Source of the DNA: an uncultured Methylomirabilota bacterium
GTDB taxonomy: Bacteria; Methylomirabilota; Methylomirabilia; Methylomirabilales; 2-02-FULL-66-22
Assembly: GCA_963845565.1 (NCBI GenBank)
Contig: CAWJSJ010000004.1
Span: forward strand, 200,531-264,530
Direction of reading: 5' to 3'
Length of the DNA: 64,000 bases
The translations under genes and the position numbers were made by a program. Below the pieces are notes generated by a model, which was given only the letters and a program-made list of their open reading frames with translations, did no database searches and was not told the origin of the DNA. How positions within the stretch are numbered: the first letter of the stretch is position 1; every line of letters starts with the position of its first letter. Positions 30,910-42,441 of the stretch are shown here, piece by piece.

Positions 30910-33480
30910 ATGCCAAACCACACACTCGACGTTCCGGGTCTCTTCCCGGACGCAAAAGATTGCCCGGCGTGCGCGGAGCGGTTGCGGAACCGGCTCGGGA
31001 GTGTCCAGGGTATCGCTGCCGTGGAACTGGATCCGCCCGGGCGCCAACTGACGCTGACGTACGATCCGGCGATCCTGTCCCTCTCGGCCCTGGAGGCGTG
31101 CGTGAAGGAAGCCGGCCTGGCGGTGACGAATCGGTTTCGCCATGCCACGCTGCGGCTCGAGGGCCTCGACTGCCCGGAATGTGCCGGTGCGGTCGAGCAC
31201 GGCGTGACCCACCTGCCGGGGGTGCTGCGCGCCGCGGCGAACTTCGCCGCGGCGAGTCTCCATGTCGAGTACGACGCCGAGACGACGGATCTGGACCGCG
31301 TGGCGGATGCGGTGGGTCGGACGGGATACCGGGCGCTGATCCCGGGCGCGTCCTCCGACGTGGTGGTGGTGCGCGTTGCGGAGATGGACTGCCAGGACGA
31401 GGTGCGGGCGATTGAAGGGCGGCTCCGCTCTCTGCCCGGCGTGTTGTCCTGGCAGGTGAACCTGCTGGAGCGGACACTCCGCATCCAGTGCGATCCGGCC
31501 GCCGCCGGATCCGAGATGATTCTGGCGGCCATCCGCGCGCTCGGAATGACGCCGGCGCTGACCAGCCGAGCCGCCCGAGCGGTGGTTTGGTGGCGCGATC
31601 CGCTGTTGCTCTCGACCGTCGCCTCTGCCGTCTGCCTGGGGGCGGCATTCGTCGCCGACTGGCTGCAGAGCGGGCCGGCGCTCGGGCGGGTGCTGTACGC
31701 GGCAGCGCTGGGCGCCGGAGGCTGGATGGCGGCCCGCAAGGCGGCGCGGGCGATCCTCGCGCGCCGGTTGGACATGAACGTGCTGATGACCGTCGCCGTC
31801 GTCGGGGCGATCGCCATCGGCCAGTGGGATGAGGCGGCGACTGTCGCCTTCCTGTTCGCCTTGGCGCAGTTGCTGGAGACGTTCAGCCTGGATCGCGCAC
31901 GCCAGGCGGTGCGGGGCCTGCTCGGGGTCACGCCGACCGAGGCCACGGTGCGCCGCGACGGGCAGGAAGCGCGCGTCCCGGTGGCGACGGTGCGCCCCGG
32001 CGAGATGATTCTCGTCCGGCCGGGCGAGCGGGTCCCGCTGGACGGCATCGTGCGGGCCGGGGTCTCCGCCGTGAATCAGGCGCCGATCACCGGGGAGTCC
32101 CTCCCGGCGGAGAAGATCCCCGGCGCCCAGGTCTTCGCCGGCTCCATCAACGGGGAGGGGGCCATCGAGGTGGAGGTGACCCACCCGGCGCAGGAGACCA
32201 TGCTGGCGCGCATCATCGCGCTGGTGGAGGAGGCCCAGGCGCAGAAGGCGCCCACCCAGACGCTGGTGGAGCGGTTTGCCGCGATCTACACGCCGGCCGT
32301 GATCGCCGGGGCCGTTCTCGTCGCCGCCCTACCGCCGCTTCTCTGGGCGGAGCCGGCCTGGCCCTGGATCTACCGTGCGCTGGTCCTGCTCGTCATCTCG
32401 TGCCCGTGCGCCCTGGTGATCTCGACGCCGGTGGCGGTCGTGTGCGGTCTGGCCCGGGCGGCGCGCCTGGGCATTCTGATCAAGGGGGGACGCATTCTCG
32501 AAGCCCTCGGCGGGCTCAGAGCCATGGCCTTCGACAAGACCGGGACGCTGACGCGGGGCCGGCCGACGGTCGCCGAGGTGCGGCCCCTGGCGGACCTCGA
32601 CACCCGGGAGGTGCTTCGCTTGGCGGCCGCGGTGGATGCCCTGTCGGAGCACCCGCTCGCCGGCGCCATCCTGGCCGCCGCCCGGGAGCGGGGAATCGTC
32701 TGGCCATCGGCCACAGAGTTTCGGGCGGTGCCTGGGCGCGGAGCCAGGGCCAGCGTCGGCGGGATCACGTATCACCTTGGCAGTCACCGCTATGCCGAGG
32801 AGCTGGGGGTCTGCAGCGGCGCGATTGAATCCGTCCTGCGCGACATGGAGGCCCGGGGGCAGACTCCGGCCATCCTCAGCGACGGCGTCCAGGCGCTGGG
32901 CGTCCTCGGCGTCGCCGACCAGATCCGCGCGGAGGCGCCCGACGCACTGGCCGCTCTCCGCCGCCGCGGCATCCGACCGCTCGTGATGCTCACCGGGGAC
33001 GTGGTGGGGACGGCGGAGGCGATCGGGCGGCAGGTGGGTACCGATCTGGTGCGTGCCGAGCTCCTTCCCGACGAGAAGCTGCAGGCGATTCACGGCCTGG
33101 CGCAGCGCCATGGCACCGTCGGAATGGTGGGAGACGGGATCAATGACGCCCCGGCGCTGGCCGCCGCGACGGTGGGTATCGCGATGGGGGCGGAGGGGAC
33201 CGATGCCGCGATCGAGACGGCAGACGTCGCGCTCATGCGGGATGACCTCCGGCAGCTCGCCGTGGCCGTTAGCCTCGGGCGACGAGCCTCGCGGATTATC
33301 AAGACCAACATCGCGCTCTCGCTGACGACGAAGGCCGTCTTTGTTCTGTGCGCCGTGCTCGGCCAGGCAACGTTGTGGATGGCCGTTGCCGCCGACATGG
33401 GTACATCGCTGGTCGTCATCGCGAACGGCATGCGGCTCCTGCGACACGGTCCGCGCGAGGCCATCGCCACGTTCCCATGA
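30910..33480 (+). CDS. Heavy-metal P1B-type ATPase (ZntA/CadA-like, three N-terminal HMA domains)
   Basis: DCPAC, LDCPEC, MDCQDE; TGES, CPC, DKTGT, SEHPL, GDGINDAP; K and DxG in the last TM helices. Confidence 0.92.
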   Translation: MPNHTLDVPGLFPDAKDCPACAERLRNRLGSVQGIAAVELDPPGRQLTLTYDPAILSLSALEACVKEAGLAVTNRFRHATLRLEGLDCPECAGAVEHGVTHLPGVLRAAANFAAASLHVEYDAETTDLDRVADAVGRTGYRALIPGASSDVVVVRVAEMDCQDEVRAIEGRLRSLPGVLSWQVNLLERTLRIQCDPAAAGSEMILAAIRALGMTPALTSRAARAVVWWRDPLLLSTVASAVCLGAAFVADWLQSGPALGRVLYAAALGAGGWMAARKAARAILARRLDMNVLMTVAVVGAIAIGQWDEAATVAFLFALAQLLETFSLDRARQAVRGLLGVTPTEATVRRDGQEARVPVATVRPGEMILVRPGERVPLDGIVRAGVSAVNQAPITGESLPAEKIPGAQVFAGSINGEGAIEVEVTHPAQETMLARIIALVEEAQAQKAPTQTLVERFAAIYTPAVIAGAVLVAALPPLLWAEPAWPWIYRALVLLVISCPCALVISTPVAVVCGLARAARLGILIKGGRILEALGGLRAMAFDKTGTLTRGRPTVAEVRPLADLDTREVLRLAAAVDALSEHPLAGAILAAARERGIVWPSATEFRAVPGRGARASVGGITYHLGSHRYAEELGVCSGAIESVLRDMEARGQTPAILSDGVQALGVLGVADQIRAEAPDALAALRRRGIRPLVMLTGDVVGTAEAIGRQVGTDLVRAELLPDEKLQAIHGLAQRHGTVGMVGDGINDAPALAAATVGIAMGAEGTDAAIETADVALMRDDLRQLAVAVSLGRRASRIIKTNIALSLTTKAVFVLCAVLGQATLWMAVAADMGTSLVVIANGMRLLRHGPREAIATFP

Positions 33481-33758
33481 GACGCCCGGCGACGTCCACG
33501 TGCGCCGCTGGGTGTTGTGGGAAAACGGAAGCCGGAGACTGACCCCTACGCGCCGATTCTGGGCTCCCGTCGGCAGTGCAGCGACGGGGTTGCATACGGG
33601 AGGATGTTACGCCATCCGGCCGCGTTCGTTCGCGCGTGTTACACGCCCCTGGTTGTGTGTTATCCTTTGTTCCGCTGGCGGCCATGGCAGCCCGCCGCCC
33701 TCGGGATTCGGTGGCCGGTCGGTGGAGTGACAGCCGGAGCGTTCCATGAGAGAGTCCC

Positions 33759-35099
<1,341 letters not shown>

Positions 35100-35103
35100 G
35101 TCC

Positions 35104-36021
35104 GTGGTCAGACACGTACTCGTTCCCCTGGACGGCTCGGTGCTGGCCGAGGCGGCGCTGCCGGCCGCCGCCGCGACCGCACAGGCCTTCGATGCCCGCG
35201 TCACGCTGTTCCATGTCCTGGAGGAGTGGGCGCCGGACACCGTGCATGGACATCCGCATCTCACGGGGGAGGCGGAGGCGCGGACGTACCTGGACGCCGT
35301 CGCGCAGCGGCTGGCGTTTCGCGATCGGGTGGTGGAAATCCATGTGCATGGCATCCGGACCGAGAACGTGGCGGATTCCATCATGGCCCATGCGGATGAA
35401 CTCGGCGCCGACCTGGTCGTGCTCTCGACGCATGGGCAGGGGGGACTGAAGGGGTTGCTGGTCGGCAGCATCGCCCTCCGGGCGCTTGGCCGGGGACGGA
35501 CCCCGATCCTGCTCGTCAACCCGACGCCGGACGGCAGCGCGCCGCGGTTCGCGTGTCGCAAGATCCTGGTGCCCCTGGACGGCTCCGAGACCCACGAGCC
35601 TGCGCTGCCGGTCGCCTCCCGGTTGGCCCGCGGCTGGGGGGCGGCGCTGCACCTGGTGGTCGTCGTGCCGACGGCGGGGACCCTCTCGGGTCACCGGGCG
35701 GCCGCCGGCCTCCGGATGCCCATGGCGACCCGGGCCATGCTGGAGATCGCGGAGCAGGATGCGGCGGTGTATGTGAAGGGATTGGAGTCGCGATTGTCTG
35801 TCGAGGGCCTGGCGACGACTTCTTCGGTCAGCCGGGGGGAGCCAGTGACCGCGATCCTGGAGGCGGCGAAGGCCATTGACGCGGATCTCGTGGTGATGGC
35901 GACGCATGCCCGGGGGGCGCTGGAAGGCTTCTGGTCCGGCAGTCTGACGCCCAAGCTGATGCAGCGGCTGGATCGGTCGATCCTCTTGGTGCGGGCGGAA
36001 GGGCACGACGAGGCGCGATGA
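35104..36021 (+). CDS. Tandem-domain universal stress protein
   Basis: Two LVPLDGS...DLVVxxTH...GS units. Confidence 0.9.
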   Translation: MVRHVLVPLDGSVLAEAALPAAAATAQAFDARVTLFHVLEEWAPDTVHGHPHLTGEAEARTYLDAVAQRLAFRDRVVEIHVHGIRTENVADSIMAHADELGADLVVLSTHGQGGLKGLLVGSIALRALGRGRTPILLVNPTPDGSAPRFACRKILVPLDGSETHEPALPVASRLARGWGAALHLVVVVPTAGTLSGHRAAAGLRMPMATRAMLEIAEQDAAVYVKGLESRLSVEGLATTSSVSRGEPVTAILEAAKAIDADLVVMATHARGALEGFWSGSLTPKLMQRLDRSILLVRAEGHDEAR

Positions 36022-36074
36022 TCGCCACCTCGGCGGGGTGTGGCGAAACGGCGACTGTCAGGGAGGAACGCAGC

Positions 36075-36575
36075 GTGCGACGGAGACAATTCATCGGGTT
36101 GATGGCGGCGGGGATGGTCGGTGGGTTGGCGCGGATCGGCGCGGCGGTGCCGCCCCCGGTCGGGAAGCCGGCGCCGGAGTTCAGCGTCACCTTGACGGAT
36201 GGGCGGACGGTCGCCCTGAAGGACTTTCGAGGGAAACCGGTCCTGGTGAACTTCTGGTCCTCGGGGTGACCGCACTGCCAACGGGAGTCTCCCGTTCTGT
36301 CGGCACTCTATGAGCGGTACAAGGGGAAGGGGTTGGTTGTCCTTGGCATCAACGCCCAGTGGGACAAGGAGCAGCTCGTCCGGACATTCATGGAGGTCTA
36401 CAAGGTGACCTACCCGGTGGGGCGGGACGCGACCGGGACGATCGGCAAGCTGTACGACGTGGACGGGACGCCCACCAGCCTGTTCATCGACAAGGCGGGG
36501 CGACTGGTGGAGCAGCACGTGGGAGGGCTGAGAGAGGCGGAGTTCCAACAGCGGATCGACGCCCTCTTGAAATAA
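36075..36575 (+). CDS. TlpA/peroxiredoxin-like thiol-disulfide oxidoreductase, probable selenoprotein (UxxC), Tat signal
   Basis: ORFs 36018-36269 and 36333-36575 share a frame; readthrough of TGA 36267-36269 gives LVNFWSSG-U-PHC...GTPTSLFIDKAG; RRRQFI signal; RBS GGAGGA. Confidence 0.85.
36280..36296 (+). other. Candidate bacterial SECIS hairpin
   Basis: AACGGG-AGTCT-CCCGTT starting 11 nt after the in-frame TGA. Confidence 0.65.
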
Positions 36576-36619
36576 GCGCCCGAGTAGAGGTAGCACTCCG
36601 CCCAACCTTGCGGAGCACG

Positions 36620-36655
36620 GACGGGATTCCGATGGCCGGGATCCCGTCTTTTTTT
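36620..36655 (+). terminator. Rho-independent terminator
   Basis: GACGGGATTCC-loop-GGGATCCCGTC followed by T7. Confidence 0.8.
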
Positions 36656-37022
36656 GCGTCGGGCGCGCCTCGGACCGAGGGAGCAGTCGTGCGGACCGGG
36701 ATCGTGGGCGCCGGAGCGGTCGGGTTCCGCATCGGTCGAGGGATTCGGCGAGACCGAGACCAAGTTGTCCGGAACTCGAACCATCTGACCTTCTCGGGAC
36801 TTTTTTTTCGGGAGCGGCTGTGCTAGGGTCTGACCGCTTTCGCGAGGTCGGTAGGTCTCCGCAGCCGTCGGGACGGCCGCGGAGGAGGCGGGATCGGACG
36901 GATCGAGCCCAGAACCCAGCCGCTGCGCCGGATGTTCCGCACGCTCCTCGGCGGGTCCATTAGCCCGTTCCCCCATCCCAGTGTGGTTGTTCCGATCGGT
37001 CTCCTCGCCGAGGAAGACGCGC

Positions 37023-39347
37023 ATGCCCCAACTCGAACTCCTGCTTCCCGCCATCGTGTTCATCCCCTTCGCTGCCGCCGTGCTTGCCCTGTGGCTCGGG
37101 CGGTTCGCGGGGCAGCGGACGGGCATCCTGATGGTGCTCGCCGCCGCCGCCTCGTTCCTCGGATGCCTCCAGGTCGTGACGGCCGGTGCATCCCTCGGTT
37201 TCACGCGCGAGTGGATTCCCGGCATCAACGTGGTGCTGAGCTTCCGGGGAGACCCTTACGGATGCTTCTTCGCCCTGTTGATTTCGGGCATCGGTACCCT
37301 GGTGGGATTCTACTCGCTGAGCTACCTTCCCGCCTTGGCGCCTGCCCGCGTCAGTCGCTACTACGCAGCGCTGTTGGCCTTCATGGGGGCCATGCTCGGC
37401 GTGGCGCTGGCGGACGACCTGATCCTGCTCTTCATCTTCTGGGAGGTCACCAGCCTGACGTCCTTCCTGCTGATCGGTTTCTGGTACGAGCAGGAAAAGG
37501 CCCGGAAGGGTGCCCTCACGGCTCTCCTCGTCACCGCCCTGGGCGGTTTGACAATGATGATCGGCTTTATCATCGTTGGAACGACGACGGGGAGCTTCAG
37601 CCTCCGCGCCTTGACCGAACAGGCGGCGCTCCGGGACCGGCTTGTCGGGTCGCCGCTCTTTGTGGCGGCGCTGTTGCTGATCGTGCTCGGCGCCATGACC
37701 AAGTCGGCCCAGTGGCCGTTCCATTTCTGGCTGCCGGGGGCGATGGTGGCCCCGACCCCGGTCTCCACCTACCTTCACGCCGCCACCATGGTGTGGGCGG
37801 GCGTCTTCCTGCTGGGGCGGTTTCTGCCCATCTTCGGGACCTCGCCCGCGTGGGCCGGCATCCTGGTGCCCATCGGCCTGGCGACGTTCTTGCTGGGCGC
37901 AGTGGAGGCGTTCCTGGACACCGACCTCAAGGGCATCCTGGCCAAGACCACCGTGGCGACACTGGGTTTGGTCACCATGCTCTACGGTCTGGGCGCGGCT
38001 GGGCAGGACGCGTTGCAGATGTTCTCCCACGCCATGTACAAGGGGGCGTTGTTCCTGGTGGTGGGGATCGTGGAACATGCCACCCACACGCGGGACATCC
38101 GCGACCTGGGCGGTTTGCGGCATAAGATGCCGGTCACGTTTTTCCTGTGCGTTCTGGGCGCGCTGTCGCTGGCAGGCGTCTGGCCGACCTTCGGTTTCCT
38201 GGCCAAGGAGGCGCTGTACGCCCAACTCTTGGCCGGGACGCCGCTGTCCGGTTGGGTCCCATCCTGGCTGCTGCTGGCCCTGACCGTGCTTGCCAACGCG
38301 CTACTCTTTGCGGTGGCCTGCCGCCTGGTGTTTGGGGTGTTCTTCGGCGCGCCCACGGAGGCGGCCAGGCATTCCCACGAGGTCGGCCCGGGTCTCTGGC
38401 TGTCGCCAATGGTCCTGGCCGGCCTATCGCTTGGACTGGGAGTGCTTGCCCCGGCCACCAGCACAATCGTCAGCCACTTCTCGTCGGGTCCCGGCACCCG
38501 GCTCACGCTGACCCTGGCGCCGGATCATCTCGGGCCGGTCCTCTTATCGGTCGGCACCTTCCTGCTGGGATTCGGCATCTACCGCGGACGGGCCGTCCTG
38601 GGACGGATGCGGAGCAGCGCACCGGGCGCGCCCACGATGCAGGCCCTCTGGGACAAGGGTCTGGACGCCGTCACAGCCGCCGCCATCGGCTTCAGCGTGC
38701 GCTGGCAGAGCGGCTCGCTCCGGTGGTATCTCGCAGGCTCGCTCGCCTTTACGGTGGGGCTCTCGGCCCTGGCGCTGCAGCGGGCGGGAATCTCCGTGTT
38801 CCAGGTGCCGATCAACCTGCAGGAGATGACCTGGTACGGCCTGACCCTCTGCGGGATGCTGGGCTTCACGGCGGTGATGGTGGCCCGCTCGACCACGCGG
38901 GTGGGGGCGGCCATCGCGCTCACCTCCAACGGGTTCCTGACGGCGCTGCTCTTCGTGGTGTACCGGTCGCCGGATATCCTGCTCACCCAGATCCTGATCG
39001 AGACCGTCTCGACCATCTTCCTGCTGCTGATCTTGTACTACCTGCCCGTCTTTCGGCCGGAGGGCCTCCCGCCCATGCGCCGATTCGTGAACGTGGCCGT
39101 GTCGGTGGCGGTGGGCGCGACGATGTTCAGCTTCATCATGCTGTCCACCAGCCCCCAATTCCGGGAATTGAAGAACCTGGGCATCGATTATCTGACCCGC
39201 TCCATGGCGCAAGCCGGCGGCGCGAATGCGGTCAACGTGATCATCGTGGACTTCCGGGCCATTGACACCAACGGGGAGATCACCGTGCTGGTCCTGGTGG
39301 GCCTCCTGGTGTACGGCCTGCTGCGGACGCGGAGGAAATCGGCATGA
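37023..39347 (+). CDS. mrpA: Mrp Na+/H+ antiporter subunit A
   Basis: FWEVTS, TKSAQWPFHFWLPGAMVAPTPVSTYLH, NAVNVIIVDFRAIDT. Confidence 0.93.
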   Translation: MPQLELLLPAIVFIPFAAAVLALWLGRFAGQRTGILMVLAAAASFLGCLQVVTAGASLGFTREWIPGINVVLSFRGDPYGCFFALLISGIGTLVGFYSLSYLPALAPARVSRYYAALLAFMGAMLGVALADDLILLFIFWEVTSLTSFLLIGFWYEQEKARKGALTALLVTALGGLTMMIGFIIVGTTTGSFSLRALTEQAALRDRLVGSPLFVAALLLIVLGAMTKSAQWPFHFWLPGAMVAPTPVSTYLHAATMVWAGVFLLGRFLPIFGTSPAWAGILVPIGLATFLLGAVEAFLDTDLKGILAKTTVATLGLVTMLYGLGAAGQDALQMFSHAMYKGALFLVVGIVEHATHTRDIRDLGGLRHKMPVTFFLCVLGALSLAGVWPTFGFLAKEALYAQLLAGTPLSGWVPSWLLLALTVLANALLFAVACRLVFGVFFGAPTEAARHSHEVGPGLWLSPMVLAGLSLGLGVLAPATSTIVSHFSSGPGTRLTLTLAPDHLGPVLLSVGTFLLGFGIYRGRAVLGRMRSSAPGAPTMQALWDKGLDAVTAAAIGFSVRWQSGSLRWYLAGSLAFTVGLSALALQRAGISVFQVPINLQEMTWYGLTLCGMLGFTAVMVARSTTRVGAAIALTSNGFLTALLFVVYRSPDILLTQILIETVSTIFLLLILYYLPVFRPEGLPPMRRFVNVAVSVAVGATMFSFIMLSTSPQFRELKNLGIDYLTRSMAQAGGANAVNVIIVDFRAIDTNGEITVLVLVGLLVYGLLRTRRKSA

Positions 39348-39757
39348 CAGGCGACCCGATTCTTCGCACGGTCTCGCGGTTCGCCGTGCCGTGGACCGTG
39401 TGGGTGTCCATCGTGATCTTCATGCAGGGGCACAATATGCCCGGCGGCGGCTTCGTGGCCGGCGTCATGGCGGGCGCGGCCGGGGCCATGTATCTACTGG
39501 CCTTCGGGACGGCGAAGGCGGCGCGGTTCCCCTGGTGGAAGGTGTCGGTGACCGGGTTGTTGATCTCCGTGACCACCGGGACGGTACCCTTCCTGATGGG
39601 GCGCCCGTACATGCAGCACGCCATCTGGCATTTCGACCTACCCGTGATCGGGCTCTACGAGTTGCCCACGGCGACGTTCTTCGACCTCGGGGTGTACCTC
39701 ATCGTGCTGGGGACACTGATGACCGTCTTCGTCGAACTGGCCCAGGAGGGACGCTGA
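39344..39757 (+). CDS. mrpB: Mrp subunit B
   Basis: GHNMPGGGFVAG, FDLGVY. Confidence 0.92.
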   Translation: MTGDPILRTVSRFAVPWTVWVSIVIFMQGHNMPGGGFVAGVMAGAAGAMYLLAFGTAKAARFPWWKVSVTGLLISVTTGTVPFLMGRPYMQHAIWHFDLPVIGLYELPTATFFDLGVYLIVLGTLMTVFVELAQEGR

Positions 39758-40254
39758 TGGAACTGCCGATGGCGGTGGTCATCGGGGTGCTGTTCGCCGC
39801 CGGCACCTATCTGATCCTGCGGCCGAACCTTCTCCGGGTGGTCATGGGCTTCGGCCTCTACTCGAACGCCACCAACCTCCTGCTGATCACCGTGGGGGGG
39901 TACACCCGCGACAGCGGCGCCCCGTTCGTCGGGGCCGACCCCAAGACCGCCGCGGGTCTGATGGACCCGCTGCCGCCGGACATCATCCTGACCGCCATCG
40001 TCATCAGCTTCGCGGTCAGCGCGCTGATGCTCACCATCTGTTACCGGGTGTACCGGGACCACGGGACCGACAACCCCCAGGAACTGCCGATGGACGATGA
40101 TTACACGCAGGCAGGGGAACTGGTGTCCGTTGCCCTGGCGCACGGGGGTGACGGGAGCGGGGTAGCTGCCGGCCCCGTCCGACTCCTCGGGGTCGGCGAG
40201 GGGCGGCGGGGGGCCAAGCGGCCCGCGCCGAAGCAGAAAGCGAAGCGCCGATGA
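39757..40254 (+). CDS. mrpC: Mrp subunit C
   Basis: SNATNLLLI, DPLPPDIILTAIVISF; TGATG coupling to mrpB. Confidence 0.9.
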   Translation: MELPMAVVIGVLFAAGTYLILRPNLLRVVMGFGLYSNATNLLLITVGGYTRDSGAPFVGADPKTAAGLMDPLPPDIILTAIVISFAVSALMLTICYRVYRDHGTDNPQELPMDDDYTQAGELVSVALAHGGDGSGVAAGPVRLLGVGEGRRGAKRPAPKQKAKRR

Positions 40255-41822
40255 ACAGCCTGATCCTCGCCATTTTGATCCCGTTCTTCACCGCCCTCGT
40301 CCTGGCGCTCTTGAACGGCTACCGCCGGCTGGAGAAGGCGGTGGCCCTCTGCTCCAGTCTGGCCCTCACGGCCTGGGTGTTCTGGCTCCTGTTCTACGTG
40401 GATGCGCACGGCGTCCAGGTGGTCGTCGTCGGCGGCTGGATGGCGCCCTGGGGTGTGGCCTTCGTCGCCGACCGGCTGACCTGCATCATGCTGTGCCTCT
40501 CCTCCGGGCTCGGGATGCTGGTGCAGCTCTACTCTTTCTGGACCGTGACGGACGAGCAGCAGCGCTACTTCTTCTACCCCCTGATGCAGGCCATGCTGCT
40601 GGGCGTGAACTGGTCCTTCATCACGGGAGACGTCTTCAACCTGTTCGTGGCGTACGAAGTGATGCTGATGGCCTCGTACGGGATGATGATGGTGGGGGCC
40701 AGCCCAGCCCAGGTCCGTCAGACGCTGAAGTACATCGCCATCAACAGCATCGGGTCCACGCTCTTCGTGGCGGGCTGCGGCGTGGTGTACGCCACCGTCG
40801 GCACGCTGAACATGGCGGACCTCGCCGTCCGCACCGCCCAGATCACCGGCCAGCGGGCCGGGATGGTCACCGCGGCCTCCATGCTCCTGCTGGTGGTCTT
40901 CGCCCTGAAAGCCGCGACGTTCCCCTTGATCTACTGGCTGCCGGATTCCTACCCGGTGGTGCCGGCGGGCGTGAACGGTTACTTCGCCGGGATCCTGACC
41001 AAGGTCGGCGTCTACTCGCTCCTGCGGGTCTTCGTGCTGTGTTTCCGGCAAGAAGGGCACCAGTTCGCGCTGGACGTCCTGCTGTTTCTCTCCGGTCTCA
41101 CCATGCTGCTGGGGGTGCTGGGCGCCATGTGCCGCTGGGACATCCGTCGGATCCTCTCCTGGCACATCATCAGCCAGGTCGGCTACATGGTGATGGGGAT
41201 CGGTCTGGCGGGCAGTCCGGACCCGCGGGTGGTGCAGTTGGCCGTGGCCGGCACCATCTTCTATGTGGTCCACCACATCGTGGTGAAGTCGTGCCTGTTC
41301 CTGGTGGGCGGCATCGCGGAGCGGGTGAGCGGCTCCCAGCACCTGAAGCAGATGGGCGGGATTCTGAACGTGGCCCCGGGCGTCGGCGGCCTCTTCATCG
41401 TCGCGGCGCTGTCCCTGGCCGGGATGCCGCCGTTCTCGGGCTTCCTGAGCAAGTTCGTCCTGGCGCAGGCCGGCCTGGCCGGCGGCAATTACGTGGTCGT
41501 CTCCATCGCCGTAATCACCAGCTTTCTCACGCTGTACTCCATGAGCAAGATCTGGTCGTATGCCTTCTGGGGCGAGCGGCGGCAGGAGAAGGCGCCGGTG
41601 GGATACCGAGGGATGATGGCGCCCACGGCGGTCCTGGTCGCCTTCACCATCGCGATGGGTCTGTTTGCGCAGCCATTCCTTGGGCTGGCCACGCGCGCGG
41701 CGGAAACGATCACCAAGCCGGACGAGTACATCCGGGTCGTCCTGAGCGCGAAACAGAACCGGCTGGCCGAGATTCCTCGTCCGTCGGCCCAGGTGGTCGC
41801 CCGTGCCGGGGAGGAACGCTGA
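40251..41822 (+). CDS. mrpD: Mrp subunit D
   Basis: TGDVFNLFVAYEVMLMASY, WLPDSY, LTKVGVY, GMPPFSGFLSK. Confidence 0.93.
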   Translation: MNSLILAILIPFFTALVLALLNGYRRLEKAVALCSSLALTAWVFWLLFYVDAHGVQVVVVGGWMAPWGVAFVADRLTCIMLCLSSGLGMLVQLYSFWTVTDEQQRYFFYPLMQAMLLGVNWSFITGDVFNLFVAYEVMLMASYGMMMVGASPAQVRQTLKYIAINSIGSTLFVAGCGVVYATVGTLNMADLAVRTAQITGQRAGMVTAASMLLLVVFALKAATFPLIYWLPDSYPVVPAGVNGYFAGILTKVGVYSLLRVFVLCFRQEGHQFALDVLLFLSGLTMLLGVLGAMCRWDIRRILSWHIISQVGYMVMGIGLAGSPDPRVVQLAVAGTIFYVVHHIVVKSCLFLVGGIAERVSGSQHLKQMGGILNVAPGVGGLFIVAALSLAGMPPFSGFLSKFVLAQAGLAGGNYVVVSIAVITSFLTLYSMSKIWSYAFWGERRQEKAPVGYRGMMAPTAVLVAFTIAMGLFAQPFLGLATRAAETITKPDEYIRVVLSAKQNRLAEIPRPSAQVVARAGEER

Positions 41823-42169
41823 TGCTCCGCAGAATCTCGTATGCCGTGATCTACTTCTTCAAGTTCATGAAGGAGTTGACCATGGCCAACTACCAGGTCG
41901 CCAAGCTGGTCCTGTCTCCCTCGGCCAAGCTGAAGCCGGGCTTCATCGCCGTGCCGCTGACCGCCGTCAGCGACTTCGAGATCACCAGCTTTGCCAACTC
42001 GATCACCCTGACACCGGGGACCATCTCGGTGCACGTCTCCGACGACCGAAAGGTCATCGTGATGCACGCCATCGACGTGGGGGATGACCTGGACGGACTG
42101 CGGCAGGCCACCAAGGATTCGTTGGAAGCTCCCATCTTGCGCTTCACCCGGGAGGAGCGCCGATCATGA
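41822..42169 (+). CDS. mrpE: Mrp subunit E
   Basis: ANSITLTPGT, HAID. Confidence 0.9.
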   Translation: MLRRISYAVIYFFKFMKELTMANYQVAKLVLSPSAKLKPGFIAVPLTAVSDFEITSFANSITLTPGTISVHVSDDRKVIVMHAIDVGDDLDGLRQATKDSLEAPILRFTREERRS

Positions 42170-42441
42170 GCCTGTTTCTCGTCGTCGTCCTGAAGGTCTG
42201 CTTGGCGACCCTGCTGCTGAGCGGTATTCTCTGCCTGTATCGGATGTGGATCGGCCCCAAGGCGGCCGACCGAGCCGTGGCCTTCGACAGCCTGGCCGCC
42301 GTCTTCATTTGCGTGATCTGCGTGCTCTGCATCCAGTGGAACTCGGTCCTGTACTTCGACGCGGTGTGGATCCTGATGCTGGTCGGCTTCCTGGGGTCGG
42401 CCGCCATCGCCATGTACCTGGAGAAGGGGCGGGTGTTCTGA
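42166..42441 (+). CDS. mrpF: Mrp subunit F
   Basis: GPKAADRAVAFD; operon position. Confidence 0.9.
   Translation: MSLFLVVVLKVCLATLLLSGILCLYRMWIGPKAADRAVAFDSLAAVFICVICVLCIQWNSVLYFDAVWILMLVGFLGSAAIAMYLEKGRVF

Noticed and set aside
29187..32048. Long antisense and alternate-frame ORFs (e.g. 29187-32048, 2336-4576, 7021-9108, 16567-18513)
   Set aside because: Shadow ORFs of high-GC genes; Arg/Pro/Ala-rich with no motifs, overlapping well-supported CDSs
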